NCBI RefSeq assembly: GCF_013315695.1
Contig: NZ_CP054353.1
Strand: one strand, 5' to 3'
Source: Escherichia coli
GTDB taxonomy: Bacteria > Pseudomonadota > Gammaproteobacteria > Enterobacterales > Enterobacteriaceae
DNA: 64,000 nucleotides
How positions within the stretch are numbered: position 1 is the stretch's first letter; each line of letters opens with the position of its first letter. Below, piece by piece: positions 40,806 through 51,159 of this stretch. The position numbers were made by a program, and so were the translations under genes. A model generated the notes under the pieces. That model was not told the DNA's origin and ran no database searches. It was given only the letters and a program-made list of their open reading frames with translations.

Positions 40806-41723
40806 TTATTGTTCATAACGAAAGCGGAATTTTTCTTGTTCAGCAGCGGCTTTCGCCAGGATCCATTGGCGAAAGGCGGCTATTTTACCCAGTTCTGCCT
40901 GGCTGTCATGACAAACCAGATAAAAAGCGTTTTTACTGACCAGAACATCATTAAACGGGCAAACAAGACGTCCGGCCTCGATTTCAGATTGCGCCATCAC
41001 GTTATTTGCCAGCGCCACTCCCTGCCCGTGGATAGCCGCTTGCAGCACCATGGCGCTATGGCTAAAAATTGGCCCTTGCTGAACGTTGATATGATTTAAC
41101 CCCAACTGTCGGGTATATGTCTGCCAGTCACGGCGTGACGCATCATGTAATAACGTATGTTTAGCCAGATCTTCCGGGGTCTTCAAGGGTTTTTCGCCAG
41201 TCAGCAGTAGCGGCGAGCACACCGGCAATAAATATTCGGCGTACAGTTTTTCCACCCGTAGCCCCGGCCAGTTGCCCCGACCATAAAATATCGCCACATC
41301 AACATCATCCGCCAGCTTATCTTCCTGACGATCAACCGCCTGGATTCGAACGTCAATTCCCGGATAAGCTGAATTAAAGCTGGAAAGTCGCGGAACCAAC
41401 CAATGAATGGCGAAACTGGGGAGTAAACTGACCGTCAACGCCCCCTTGGCGCTACGGGCCTGGAGTTTACGCGTCGCTTCGGTTAATTGCGAAAATATCT
41501 CTTTGATATCGAGGAAATAGCTTTGCCCTTCCTCGGTCAGCAGGAGTGAACGATTACGGCGGCGGAACAGTTTTAGCCCCAAAAAATCCTCAAGAGACTT
41601 GATTTGATGACTTACTGCGGCCTGGGTCACAAAAAGCTCTTCTGCTGCGCGAGTGAAACTTAAATGGCGTGCTGCGGCATCAAAAACTCGTAAGGCATTT
41701 AGCGGTGGTAATCGTTTAGACAT
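40806..41723 (-). CDS. gcvA: LysR-family regulator of the glycine cleavage system
   Basis: 305-aa ORF with N-terminal LysR HTH (FDAAARHLSFTRAAEELFVTQAAVSHQIK); divergent from gcvB. Confidence 0.95.
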   Translation of the reverse strand: MSKRLPPLNALRVFDAAARHLSFTRAAEELFVTQAAVSHQIKSLEDFLGLKLFRRRNRSLLLTEEGQSYFLDIKEIFSQLTEATRKLQARSAKGALTVSLLPSFAIHWLVPRLSSFNSAYPGIDVRIQAVDRQEDKLADDVDVAIFYGRGNWPGLRVEKLYAEYLLPVCSPLLLTGEKPLKTPEDLAKHTLLHDASRRDWQTYTRQLGLNHINVQQGPIFSHSAMVLQAAIHGQGVALANNVMAQSEIEAGRLVCPFNDVLVSKNAFYLVCHDSQAELGKIAAFRQWILAKAAAEQEKFRFRYEQ

Positions 41724-41851
41724 GGCTTTTAAACTTTGATGTTAAATGAATTTAACAATTAGATCACACTGTGTAACCTATTAGTTTTTTTAATCTGAGC
41801 CATTATAAATTGTCCGTTGAGCTTCTACCAGCAAATACCTATAGTGGCGGC

Positions 41852-42057
41852 ACTTCCTGAGCCGGAACGAAAAGTTTTATCGGAATGCGTGTTCTGGTGA
41901 ACTTTTGGCTTACGGTTGTGATGTTGTGTTGTTGTGTTTGCAATTGGTCTGCGATTCAGACCATGGTAGCAAAGCTACCTTTTTTCACTTCCTGTACATT
42001 TACCCTGTCTGTCCATAGTGATTAATGTAGCACCGCCTAATTGCGGTGCTTTTTTTT
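41852..42057 (+). ncRNA. gcvB: GcvB small RNA (Hfq-dependent)
   Basis: Starts ACTTCCTGAGCCGGAACG a few bp after a TATAGT -10; contains GU-rich block GTTGTGATGTTGTGTTGTTGTGTTTG; ends in GCACCGCCTAATTGCGGTGC + T8 terminator. Confidence 0.92.
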
Positions 42058-42073
42058 ACCTTGCGATCGCGAA

Positions 42074-42301
42074 TTACTGATCCAGTTCGACCATCTCTTT
42101 CACGTCAGTACGGTTGATCTGCTGTTTGTTGCCATTAGCGTCTTTATACGAAATCATACCGGTATCGTTATCAGTCTGTGGTTTGCCGTCAGAGACGATG
42201 GTACGTCCGTCATTGGTGTGCATCACATAGTTCGAACCGGAACAGGCGCTCAGGGCAAAAGTCAGCATACAGGCAGAAATAATTGCGGCAGTCTTTTTCA
42301 T
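42074..42301 (-). CDS. ygdI: small lipoprotein YgdI (DUF903)
   Basis: 75-aa ORF with lipoprotein signal and lipobox (LSAC|SGS); convergent with gcvB. Confidence 0.85.
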   Translation of the reverse strand: MKKTAAIISACMLTFALSACSGSNYVMHTNDGRTIVSDGKPQTDNDTGMISYKDANGNKQQINRTDVKEMVELDQ

Positions 42302-42492
42302 CATCTTCTCCTTAAAGCGATTAATAAATCTTAATAGTATTGATTAACAGGCTAAAATTAACGCCTAACACTATTCAGCATATGTTACTGACGCAGCTTC
42401 GCCAGGATATCCAGATAATTCTGATGGTTAGCACTCTCCTTGTATCAAAGTGAATTTTGCGTCACGATCGGTGCATCAAGCCGAGGAGTACC

Positions 42493-43698
42493 ATGAACGT
42501 TTTTAATCCCGCGCAGTTTCGCGCCCAGTTTCCCGCGCTACAGGATGCGGGCGTCTATCTCGACAGCGCCGCGACCGCGCTTAAACCTGAAGCCGTGGTT
42601 GAAGCCACCCGACAGTTTTATAGCCTGAGCGCCGGAAACGTCCATCGCAGCCAGTTTGCCGAAGCCCAACGCCTGACCGCGCGTTACGAAGCTGCGCGGG
42701 AAAAAGTGGCACAATTACTGAATGCATCGGATGACAAAAATATCGTCTGGACGCGCGGCACCACTGAATCCATCAACATGGTGGCGCAATGCTATGCCCG
42801 TCCGCGTCTGCAACCGGGCGATGAAATTATTGTCAGTGTGGCAGAACACCACGCCAACCTCGTCCCCTGGCTGATGGTCGCCCAACAAACGGGGGCCAAA
42901 GTGGTGAAATTGCCGCTTAATGCGCAGCGACTGCCGGATGTCGATTTGTTGCCAGAACTGATTACTCCCCGTAGTCGGATTCTGGCGTTGGGCCAGATGT
43001 CGAACGTCACTGGCGGTTGCCCGGATCTGGCGCGAGCGATTACCTTTGCTCATTCAGCCGGGATGGTGGTGATGGTTGATGGTGCTCAGGGGGCGGTGCA
43101 TTTCCCCGCAGATGTTCAGCAACTGGATATCGATTTCTATGCTTTCTCTGGTCACAAACTGTATGGCCCGACGGGTATCGGCGTGCTGTATGGCAAATCA
43201 GAACTGCTGGAAGCGATGTCACCCTGGCTGGGTGGCGGCAAAATGATTCACGAAGTGAGTTTTGACGGCTTCACGACTCAATCTGCGCCGTGGAAACTGG
43301 AAGCCGGAACGCCAAATGTCGCTGGTGCTATAGGATTAAGCGCGGCGCTGGAATGGCTGGCAGATTACGATATCAACCAGGCCGAAAGCTGGAGCCGTAG
43401 CTTAGCAACGCTTGCAGAAGAAGCGCTGGCAAAACGTCCTGGCTTCCGCTCATTTCGCTGCCAGGATTCCAGCCTGCTGGCCTTTGATTTTGCTGGAGTT
43501 CATCACAGCGATATGGTGACGCTGCTGGCGGAGTACGGTATTGCCCTGCGGGCCGGGCAGCATTGCGCTCAGCCGCTACTGGCAGAATTAGGCGTAACCG
43601 GCACACTGCGCGCCTCTTTTGCGCCATATAATACAAAGAGTGATGTGGATGCGCTGGTGAATGCCGTTGACCGCGCGCTGGAATTATTGGTGGATTAA
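42493..43698 (+). CDS. csdA: cysteine desulfurase / sulfinate desulfinase
   Basis: Class V aminotransferase fold; track ORF starts at 42457, probable true start [16 protein letters not shown] at 42493 (401 aa). Confidence 0.92.
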   Translation: MNVFNPAQFRAQFPALQDAGVYLDSAATALKPEAVVEATRQFYSLSAGNVHRSQFAEAQRLTARYEAAREKVAQLLNASDDKNIVWTRGTTESINMVAQCYARPRLQPGDEIIVSVAEHHANLVPWLMVAQQTGAKVVKLPLNAQRLPDVDLLPELITPRSRILALGQMSNVTGGCPDLARAITFAHSAGMVVMVDGAQGAVHFPADVQQLDIDFYAFSGHKLYGPTGIGVLYGKSELLEAMSPWLGGGKMIHEVSFDGFTTQSAPWKLEAGTPNVAGAIGLSAALEWLADYDINQAESWSRSLATLAEEALAKRPGFRSFRCQDSSLLAFDFAGVHHSDMVTLLAEYGIALRAGQHCAQPLLAELGVTGTLRASFAPYNTKSDVDALVNAVDRALELLVD

Positions 43699-44141
43699 TG
43701 ACGAACCCGCAATTCGCCGGACATCCGTTCGGCACAACCGTAACCGCAGAAACGTTACGCAATACCTTCGCACCGTTGACGCAATGGGAAGATAAATATC
43801 GCCAGTTGATCATGCTGGGGAAACAGCTTCCGGCTTTGCCAGACGAGTTAAAAGCGCAGGCTAAAGAGATTGCCGGATGCGAAAACCGCGTCTGGCTGGG
43901 ATATACCGTGGCTGAAAACGGTAAAATGCACTTCTTTGGCGACAGCGAAGGGCGCATTGTGCGCGGCCTGCTGGCAGTGTTGTTGACTGCCGTTGAGGGG
44001 AAAACCGCCGCCGAATTGCAGGCACAGTCGCCGCTGGCATTGTTTGATGAGCTGGGATTGCGTGCGCAGCTTAGCGCCTCACGCAGCCAGGGGTTGAATG
44101 CGTTAAGCGAGGCGATTATCGCTGTGGCGAAGCAGGTTTAA
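43698..44141 (+). CDS. csdE: sulfur acceptor protein CsdE (SufE-like)
   Basis: 147-aa SufE-family ORF, start overlapping the csdA stop. Confidence 0.9.
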   Translation: MTNPQFAGHPFGTTVTAETLRNTFAPLTQWEDKYRQLIMLGKQLPALPDELKAQAKEIAGCENRVWLGYTVAENGKMHFFGDSEGRIVRGLLAVLLTAVEGKTAAELQAQSPLALFDELGLRAQLSASRSQGLNALSEAIIAVAKQV

Positions 44142-44191
44142 GCACAGAACCAGGTCGGATAAGACGTTCGCGTCGCATCCGACCTGATTGT

Positions 44192-44998
44192 TTACCCCTG
44201 ACGCGCCGCTTTCGCCATCATCTTCTTCAGCGCATGAGAAACCGCAACAAAACCAAAGGTGGCGGTCACCATCGTCGCGGCACCAAATCCAGATGCACAA
44301 TCCATCCGCTTTGGCCCTTCCGCCGTAGCTTTCATTGCACAGACCGAGCCATCTGACTGCGGGTACACCAGCGCTTCGGTAGAGAACACGCAATCCACGC
44401 CGAGCTTACCTTTGCTGTTTTTCACTACGCCAAAATCGCTTTTCAGGCGCTCGCGCAACTTCGCCGCCAGCGGGTCCTGAATCGTTTTCGCCAGATCGGT
44501 AACCTGAATCTGCGTCGGGTCAATCTGCCCACCCGCGCCACCAGTCGTGACCAGCGGGATTTTATTGCGCCGACAATAAGCAATCAGCGCCGCTTTGGGC
44601 CGTACGCTATCAATGGCATCAATCACGTACGAATAACCCACGCTCATATACTGCGCTACGTTATCCGGCGTCACGAAGTCATCCACTACCGTTACACGGC
44701 ACTCCGGGTTAATCTGGCGAATACGCTCCGCCATTACTTCCGCTTTTGCCAGCCCAACGTTATCGCGCAGGGCGTGAATTTGCCGATTGGTATTGGTGAC
44801 GCACACATCATCCATATCGATAAGCGTGATTGCGCCAATCCCCGTGCGCGCCAGCGCTTCCGCCGCCCAGGAACCGACACCACCGATACCAACCACACAA
44901 ATATGCGCGTCAGCAAACAGTTGCAATGCTTTTTCACCATACAGACGCGCTGTGCCACCAAAACGCTGACGCCATGCATCACTAATTACCACAGACAT
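44192..44998 (-). CDS. tcdA: tRNA threonylcarbamoyladenosine dehydratase (ThiF/MoeB-like E1)
   Basis: 268-aa ORF with Rossmann motif VVGIGGVGSW; convergent with csdAE. Confidence 0.9.
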   Translation of the reverse strand: MSVVISDAWRQRFGGTARLYGEKALQLFADAHICVVGIGGVGSWAAEALARTGIGAITLIDMDDVCVTNTNRQIHALRDNVGLAKAEVMAERIRQINPECRVTVVDDFVTPDNVAQYMSVGYSYVIDAIDSVRPKAALIAYCRRNKIPLVTTGGAGGQIDPTQIQVTDLAKTIQDPLAAKLRERLKSDFGVVKNSKGKLGVDCVFSTEALVYPQSDGSVCAMKATAEGPKRMDCASGFGAATMVTATFGFVAVSHALKKMMAKAARQG

Positions 44999-45074
44999 AG
45001 CACCTCAGAATTAAAAAGGGTGAGGTTACCCCTCACCCTGTCATATCCGTAAAAACGGCATACAGAATATCACA

Positions 45075-46172
45075 TCAGCCGCTAAAGACGTTACCTGCGC
45101 CCGGGGCGGTTTTCAGCACCCAGACACGTCCATAGTGGTTGTACCAACCTGCGCGGTGTCCGGCTTCCGGCCCGATCCCTTGATAGATATCGAAGTGTTG
45201 GCCTTTGATTGCGCCACCGACATCCAGCGCCACCATCAGACGCAATTCGTACTGACCGTTAAATTTGCCGTTATTATCCAGCAGCGGCACTTCTGCCAGC
45301 AAGGTAGTACCTGGCGGAATAATTGAACGATCGGAGGCAACAGAAGCACGGCCAACCAGCGGCACCGCACTTGCCCCTTTCACCGGTGCAAAAGATTGCG
45401 GTTTAAAGAAGACGAAAGACGGGTTCTGTTCCAGCAGCTCGCGAACCTCGGCTTCACTGTGTGTTTCACCCCAGTGACGAATCGCCTGCATCGACATATC
45501 TTCTTTTTTCACTTCGCCACGGTCGATCAGCACCTTACCAATGCTGCGATAGGCATGACCGTTTTTCCCTGCATAGCTGAAAAAGTTAAGCGGACTGCCA
45601 TCACCAAAGTCGATATACCCACTACCCTGCACATCCATAATGAAGTTATCCATCAGAGAGTTGCTGTAAGCGAGGATGTATTTATCGCTCAATGCCCCCG
45701 CGTAGATCTCCGCACGAGACGGCAGACGACCACGTTTTGGCGGCATACGGTAAATCGGATACTGAAACTCGCCCTGGCGGGTATGGCGCGCCTGAATTAC
45801 TGGCGTGTAATAACCGGTAAACTGCACGTTACCATAGTTGTCGGCACCTTCCATCTGCCAGGCATCAATGCCGAACTGGCGCATATTGCGGGTATCACCG
45901 CCTGCGCGCAGCCACTCTTGCACCGCGTTATAAACATTACTCTGGTTGCCATACAGACGCGGTGACGAATTACGGATATGGTTAATTTGCTCGGCAAAAT
46001 CACCGGCGTTAATCGGCGCGCCAACGGCATCTGGCTGGTTCACCAGAGAGAAAGGCTGGGTAAATTTCCCGTCTTTATATTGCTGTCCGCGATCGGTTGG
46101 TTTGGAAGAGCAGGCGGCAAGCATTGCCACAACCGTGCCCATAAGAAGGTACTTTACCCAACGTCCTTTCAT
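45075..46172 (-). CDS. mltA: membrane-bound lytic murein transglycosylase A
   Basis: Track ORF runs to 46454 through the tRNA promoter and first tRNA; true start is almost certainly MKGRWVKYLLMGTVVAMLAACSS (lipoprotein signal) at 46172, giving 365 aa. Confidence 0.92.
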   Translation of the reverse strand: MKGRWVKYLLMGTVVAMLAACSSKPTDRGQQYKDGKFTQPFSLVNQPDAVGAPINAGDFAEQINHIRNSSPRLYGNQSNVYNAVQEWLRAGGDTRNMRQFGIDAWQMEGADNYGNVQFTGYYTPVIQARHTRQGEFQYPIYRMPPKRGRLPSRAEIYAGALSDKYILAYSNSLMDNFIMDVQGSGYIDFGDGSPLNFFSYAGKNGHAYRSIGKVLIDRGEVKKEDMSMQAIRHWGETHSEAEVRELLEQNPSFVFFKPQSFAPVKGASAVPLVGRASVASDRSIIPPGTTLLAEVPLLDNNGKFNGQYELRLMVALDVGGAIKGQHFDIYQGIGPEAGHRAGWYNHYGRVWVLKTAPGAGNVFSG

Positions 46173-46339
46173 TGTTCTCTTCTTCAGGTTAAAAAATAAG
46201 GCGCAACGAAGATAACAAACCGCCGCGTTTAATGAAATGAGCAGCCTCTCCCTGACGCAAATTTTGCACAAAAAATAGGCTTTAGTGATTTGTTTTTGCT
46301 CAAAATCATACCAAATCCGTGATCTGGGTAAAAAAAAGG

Positions 46340-46367
46340 TTGCATGAAAACGCGAGCGGAGTATAGT
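46340..46367 (+). promoter_or_regulatory. sigma70 promoter of the tRNA-fMet cluster
   Basis: TTGCAT, 16-bp spacer, TATAGT, followed by GC-rich discriminator GCGCATCC typical of stringently controlled stable-RNA promoters; about 13 bp upstream of the first tRNA. Confidence 0.7.
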
Positions 46368-46380
46368 GCGCATCCACGGA

Positions 46381-46457
<77 letters not shown>

Positions 46458-46490
46458 ATTAAAATTTGATGAAGTAAAGCAGTACGGTGA

Positions 46491-46567
<77 letters not shown>

Positions 46568-46600
46568 ATCAAAATTTAATGAAGTAAAGTAGTACGGTGA

Positions 46601-46677
<77 letters not shown>

Positions 46678-46694
46678 ACACTTATGATGCTGAT

Positions 46695-46729
46695 AAACCG
46701 CAATGTGTTTCACAGATTGCGGTTTTTTT
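46695..46729 (+). terminator. rho-independent terminator of the tRNA-fMet operon
   Basis: aaaccgcaat...attgcggttt hairpin followed by T-run. Confidence 0.8.
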
Positions 46730-46755
46730 GTATTTAAAATCTTTGTTCGCTGAAC

Positions 46756-47712
46756 TCACAACACGTTTTTTATCTCCCTTCCTGCGAAGTAATCAATTAT
46801 CGACTGGGCAACGTGTATCCCGGTTTGCTGGTATGACTCAACGGTGGCTGCCGCGATATGCGGCGTTGTAATGATATTTTTGGCATGTAGCAGTGGGCTA
46901 AATTGCGCCAACGGTTCAGAGCTAAACACATCCAGCGCCGCAAACACATTTCGTTCTTCAATCACCTGAAGTAAAGCGCCCTCATCCAGCAACTTTCCCC
47001 TTGCGGCATTGATGATCAGAGCACCATTGCGCATCATCGACAAATATTTATGACTAATGAAGTTCTCCAGCTCCGGAGAAAATGGCAAAAGAACGATGAT
47101 GACATGAGACTGCATAAAGATATCTTCAATTGATACGAACTGAACTCCATCTTTGCCTGCGGCCTGGAAATCGGGTTGTTTGTCAAAAGCTAAAAGCTCA
47201 ACATCAAAACCAGATAACCTTTTCGCCAGTGTTTTGCCAATATTGCCGTAGCCAAGCAGGCCAATACGTTTACCTTGTAACTCGCAGCCATGCGACTCGC
47301 CCCAATAACCATTTTGCATCGCATGATAGCTACCGGGGATATTTCTCATGCTCGCGAAGATAAGTCCAATGATAAATTCCGCAACCGCATTTGAATTAAT
47401 CCCAACCGCATTATTGACAACAATACCGGATTGCTGTGCCGCACGAAGATCAATATTGTCTATCCCCGTCCCGAATCTCGATATTATTTTCACACCAGAC
47501 AGCAATGATAGCGTGTCCGCCTGATAACAATCTTTTCCGGCGATGACCGCGCAAATAGATTCTCGTAATGCAGTGGATTCTGATTTAAGCAGATGCTCCA
47601 CATTATTCTTAATAATAAGATTAAAATTATTCTCTCTTAGCAACTTGCTGGCGGAAACACAGCGTGCTGAAAAGCTGGGGACGGTGACCAGAACATTTTT
47701 CATAGCTGACAC
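46756..47712 (-). CDS. D-isomer-specific 2-hydroxyacid dehydrogenase family protein (accessory island)
   Basis: 318-aa ORF with NAD-binding GxGxxG (GLLGYGNIG) and catalytic-domain layout of SerA/GhrA-type dehydrogenases; AT-rich codon usage. Confidence 0.75.
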   Translation of the reverse strand: MSAMKNVLVTVPSFSARCVSASKLLRENNFNLIIKNNVEHLLKSESTALRESICAVIAGKDCYQADTLSLLSGVKIISRFGTGIDNIDLRAAQQSGIVVNNAVGINSNAVAEFIIGLIFASMRNIPGSYHAMQNGYWGESHGCELQGKRIGLLGYGNIGKTLAKRLSGFDVELLAFDKQPDFQAAGKDGVQFVSIEDIFMQSHVIIVLLPFSPELENFISHKYLSMMRNGALIINAARGKLLDEGALLQVIEERNVFAALDVFSSEPLAQFSPLLHAKNIITTPHIAAATVESYQQTGIHVAQSIIDYFAGREIKNVL

Positions 47713-47773
47713 TCACTTCAAAGAACGCCACCCCAAAAGATGGCGTGACCGGTTACTGTTTTATATTCTAAAA

Positions 47774-48370
47774 TTATGAGTTTGCTTTAATACCGAGCGC
47801 ACCTCCTGGATGATATAAGCCGAAATCAGCACGAGTAAACTTTTTCAATTCGGAGAGCGCAAGCGCCACCGCATCACCAACAACCAGAACGACTGTTGAT
47901 GAGCATGACGGCGCTAAACCTAAATTATCCGCCTCACTTTTTACGGGAATTTCAACGGATAAATCACAACTTATCGCAAGCGATGAGTGATGACTGCGTG
48001 TAAAAGAGATCAAATAATTACCCATTTTTTTCAGACTAGGCAGTGTCGCCAGGATTTCCGCCGTCTCACCACTGTTTGAAATAAGAATAACAACATCGTC
48101 TTTCGCCACCATTCCAAGGTCGCCGTGTACCGCTTCCGTACCGTGAACAAAAAACGAGGGAGTTCCGGTACTGGCAAAAGTTGCTGCGAGTTTTCTGGCA
48201 ATAATACCGGACTTACCAACACCAATAAAAACAACTTTTCCCTGACAAGATTGTAATACTTTAATTAAATTTGCGACCTCCGAAAGGGGGGAATCAATAA
48301 CTTCTTCAACTGCTTTATATTCGTTACGCATAAAATGTTTAATGAGATGGATAAGATCCGTGCTGTTCAT
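47774..48370 (-). CDS. SIS-domain sugar-phosphate isomerase (KpsF/GutQ-like SIS domain without CBS domains)
   Basis: 198-aa ORF with SIS motifs GVGKSG...SNSGET; closest in memory to arabinose-5-P isomerase or hexulose-6-P isomerase SIS domains. Confidence 0.7.
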   Translation of the reverse strand: MNSTDLIHLIKHFMRNEYKAVEEVIDSPLSEVANLIKVLQSCQGKVVFIGVGKSGIIARKLAATFASTGTPSFFVHGTEAVHGDLGMVAKDDVVILISNSGETAEILATLPSLKKMGNYLISFTRSHHSSLAISCDLSVEIPVKSEADNLGLAPSCSSTVVLVVGDAVALALSELKKFTRADFGLYHPGGALGIKANS

Positions 48371-48372
48371 TT

Positions 48373-49554
48373 TTATTTTCCTTGATTAATATTTTTAATT
48401 ACACTCGCAAGACGCGTAAGCCCCATATATAATTTTTCTCGACCGCAGGCCAGGTTCAGACGAAGGTAGCCCTCCCCCTCCGTTCCATAGACATGCCCCG
48501 CCATAATGCCCACTTTGCCTTCATGAATTAATCGACTGTAAAATTCATCAAAAGGATAACCAATAGCAGAACAATCTATCCAGGAAAAATAGCAACCATC
48601 AGCTGGCCTTACGATCAATTCTGGAATATTTTCATTCAGATACTGCTGGGTGAATTGAATGTTAGAGGCAATATGTACCTTTAATGACTTTAACCATCCC
48701 TCACATTCGTTATAGGCAATAATAGTTGCAATTATATTCAGTACTGATGGGGAGTTTACAAAATCGCGATACCTCGATATCGTTCTGAACTTATGATTAA
48801 AATTATCGTCAGTTGAAATCATATACGATCCTGTTAGTGCAGGAACATTAAATGTTTTCGATATCGAGTTAAATACTACTACTTTTTCTTTTTTTATTTT
48901 AAGCGCGGATGTAAAGCTACGATTAAAAACAAAATCACTATGGATTTCATCTGAACATAACCAGACATTATGCCTTGTACAGCTTGCAGCGATTTTATGC
49001 AGTTCTTCTTCCGACCAGACTGTTCCTGTCGGGTTATGAGGATTACATAATAACACCATCTTTGCGCCTTTAATCTTAAGTTCAAAATCTTGCCAGTTGA
49101 TAGCGTAGCCCCCCTCATTTTTTATAATCAAAGAGGCTGTCAGAATATTTCGCTCGCTATGTTTAATTACATCAAAAAATGCATTATAGACAGGTGTAAA
49201 AACGAGAATATTATCACCATGTGATGTCAATAACTCTATTGCTTTTGCAATAGAGTACATCACACTGGGGCTATAGGTGATCCATTCTGGTTTGATTTCA
49301 GTTTTATATTGTTGATGATACCAGTTTACTATCGCATTCAGATAGTCATCATGCTGCCAACGGCTGTACCCTAAAATCGGGTGTTCCAGACGTTTTCTTA
49401 ATGCCCTGATGATAGCGTCCGGTATCGGAAGATCCATATCTGAAATAGAGAATGGTAATACATCTTTTACACCAAATCTGTCCTCGCAAAAGTCCCATTG
49501 GGTACAATATGTTCCTTTGCGGGAAACAGGAGTATTAAAAACATCCATCAGCAT
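48373..49554 (-). CDS. PLP-dependent C-S lyase / aminotransferase, MalY/PatB family
   Basis: 393-aa ORF that aligns by eye along its length with E. coli MalY (TQWD, LPF.ISDMD, LLC.P.NPTG, SDEIH, SK.FN.PAL). Confidence 0.75.
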   Translation of the reverse strand: MLMDVFNTPVSRKGTYCTQWDFCEDRFGVKDVLPFSISDMDLPIPDAIIRALRKRLEHPILGYSRWQHDDYLNAIVNWYHQQYKTEIKPEWITYSPSVMYSIAKAIELLTSHGDNILVFTPVYNAFFDVIKHSERNILTASLIIKNEGGYAINWQDFELKIKGAKMVLLCNPHNPTGTVWSEEELHKIAASCTRHNVWLCSDEIHSDFVFNRSFTSALKIKKEKVVVFNSISKTFNVPALTGSYMISTDDNFNHKFRTISRYRDFVNSPSVLNIIATIIAYNECEGWLKSLKVHIASNIQFTQQYLNENIPELIVRPADGCYFSWIDCSAIGYPFDEFYSRLIHEGKVGIMAGHVYGTEGEGYLRLNLACGREKLYMGLTRLASVIKNINQGK

Positions 49555-51128
49555 ATCCCCATGTAGTTATCCATATCCCGACGCAAGGCGATGACTTTAG
49601 TACCGATAATGACTTGTAGGGTATTTTGATCAAGTTTAACAACCGCAATCCCGCCAGCTCTTTTTATTGCAACTTCGTCAATCAATCCCATATCTGCGAT
49701 TGTTAAACGTAAACGAGTTACGCAATTATCCAGTGACTTAATATTCTCTTTACCACCAAGTGCCTTAACCATCTGCTCCGCCGCTTGCAGCTCTGATTTA
49801 TCAGGAGTTGGGATATCCGCTATAGCCGTATCTTCGTGAACGTTCAGCGTGACAGGACTGGACTCTTCACGGCCTACGGTCATCAGGTTAAATTTAAGAA
49901 TGGTCCAACGGAACACAAAGTAATAAATGAAGAAATAGGCCACTTCGACACACACCGCGATCGGCCAACCTGTTCTTGTGCCACGCAATACGCCAAAGCT
50001 AATAAATTGAATCAGATCGCCAGTAAATCCCATCTTCACGCCCATATATGGCAGAACCATGTTAGCGAATCCATTCATAAAGGCATGGAAGACAAACAGC
50101 AGTGGACTGACAAATAAGAACAGAAACTCAATCGGTTCGCTGACGCCGCCAATAATCACCGTAAGCACCCCGGAAATAAGCAATGCTTTGATAGCCTTTC
50201 TGTTTTGAGCATGAGCAGTGCGATACATCGCCAGCGCGGCACCAGCCAGACCATACTGAATCATCAGTTTGCCCTGCTCCATTTTCCCCGCCAAATCCAG
50301 CGGAATGACCGCATTCTCTTTAACGTATGCCATAAACATGTTCAGGGTGCCGTAATATTCTTCGCCGCCAATCACAGCCGAACCGCCGATTGGCGTAAAG
50401 CGGAAAACTGACGTCACCAGATGGTTTAAGCCAAAAGGAATCGTCACGCGTTCGGCAACTGCATAGAAGAAATAACCAACAGGACCGGAAGTTGATATCC
50501 AGTGGCCAATGAGCATGAAGAGATTGAAAAACGGCGGCCAGATAAAAGGAATGATCAGACCAAATCCACTCATCACAATCAGTGTAATGATAGGCACCAG
50601 ACGTGGGCCGCTATAAAAACCTAATGATTCAGGAATGCGTAAATTAACGATCTTTTTATACATGCTGGCGACTAATAACCCAGCAACAATTCCCCCTAAC
50701 ACGCTGGTATTGTAGGACTGGATCCCCAGAATGATGGTTTGCCCATGTGTCGACATTTGGTCAGCAGCGACCAATAAGTCGTGCTGTTTAAGATAAAAGT
50801 TCGTTCCCAGATGCATCGCCATAAAACCAATTAAGCCAGAAAAAGCGCCATAGGCTTTATCCTCTTTCTCTTTTAATAATCCTAAGGGAATTGCTATCGC
50901 AAACAATACAGGTAAATTAACAAAGGCAAACAAACCAAGGCTAACAATGAAATCAAGTATGGTTTTAATTATTGGAATAGTCAGAAATGGAATTAACTTT
51001 GCCATATCATCACTGGCTAAACCACTTCCCAGCCCTAGCATCATGCCACATACACTTAGCAGAGCAATGGGATACATAAATGCCTTCCCCAGGCTCTGAA
51101 AAAAACTCCAGGCTTTCTTTTGTTTCAT
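49548..51128 (-). CDS. PTS glucose-family EIICB component, MalX-like
   Basis: 526-aa polytopic ORF with C-terminal EIIB phosphocysteine motif (NCVTRLRL); strong resemblance to MalX/PtsG EIICB. Confidence 0.8.
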   Translation of the reverse strand: MKQKKAWSFFQSLGKAFMYPIALLSVCGMMLGLGSGLASDDMAKLIPFLTIPIIKTILDFIVSLGLFAFVNLPVLFAIAIPLGLLKEKEDKAYGAFSGLIGFMAMHLGTNFYLKQHDLLVAADQMSTHGQTIILGIQSYNTSVLGGIVAGLLVASMYKKIVNLRIPESLGFYSGPRLVPIITLIVMSGFGLIIPFIWPPFFNLFMLIGHWISTSGPVGYFFYAVAERVTIPFGLNHLVTSVFRFTPIGGSAVIGGEEYYGTLNMFMAYVKENAVIPLDLAGKMEQGKLMIQYGLAGAALAMYRTAHAQNRKAIKALLISGVLTVIIGGVSEPIEFLFLFVSPLLFVFHAFMNGFANMVLPYMGVKMGFTGDLIQFISFGVLRGTRTGWPIAVCVEVAYFFIYYFVFRWTILKFNLMTVGREESSPVTLNVHEDTAIADIPTPDKSELQAAEQMVKALGGKENIKSLDNCVTRLRLTIADMGLIDEVAIKRAGGIAVVKLDQNTLQVIIGTKVIALRRDMDNYMGIC

Positions 51129-51159
51129 GTGGGTTATCTCATATAAATGTTATATATAA

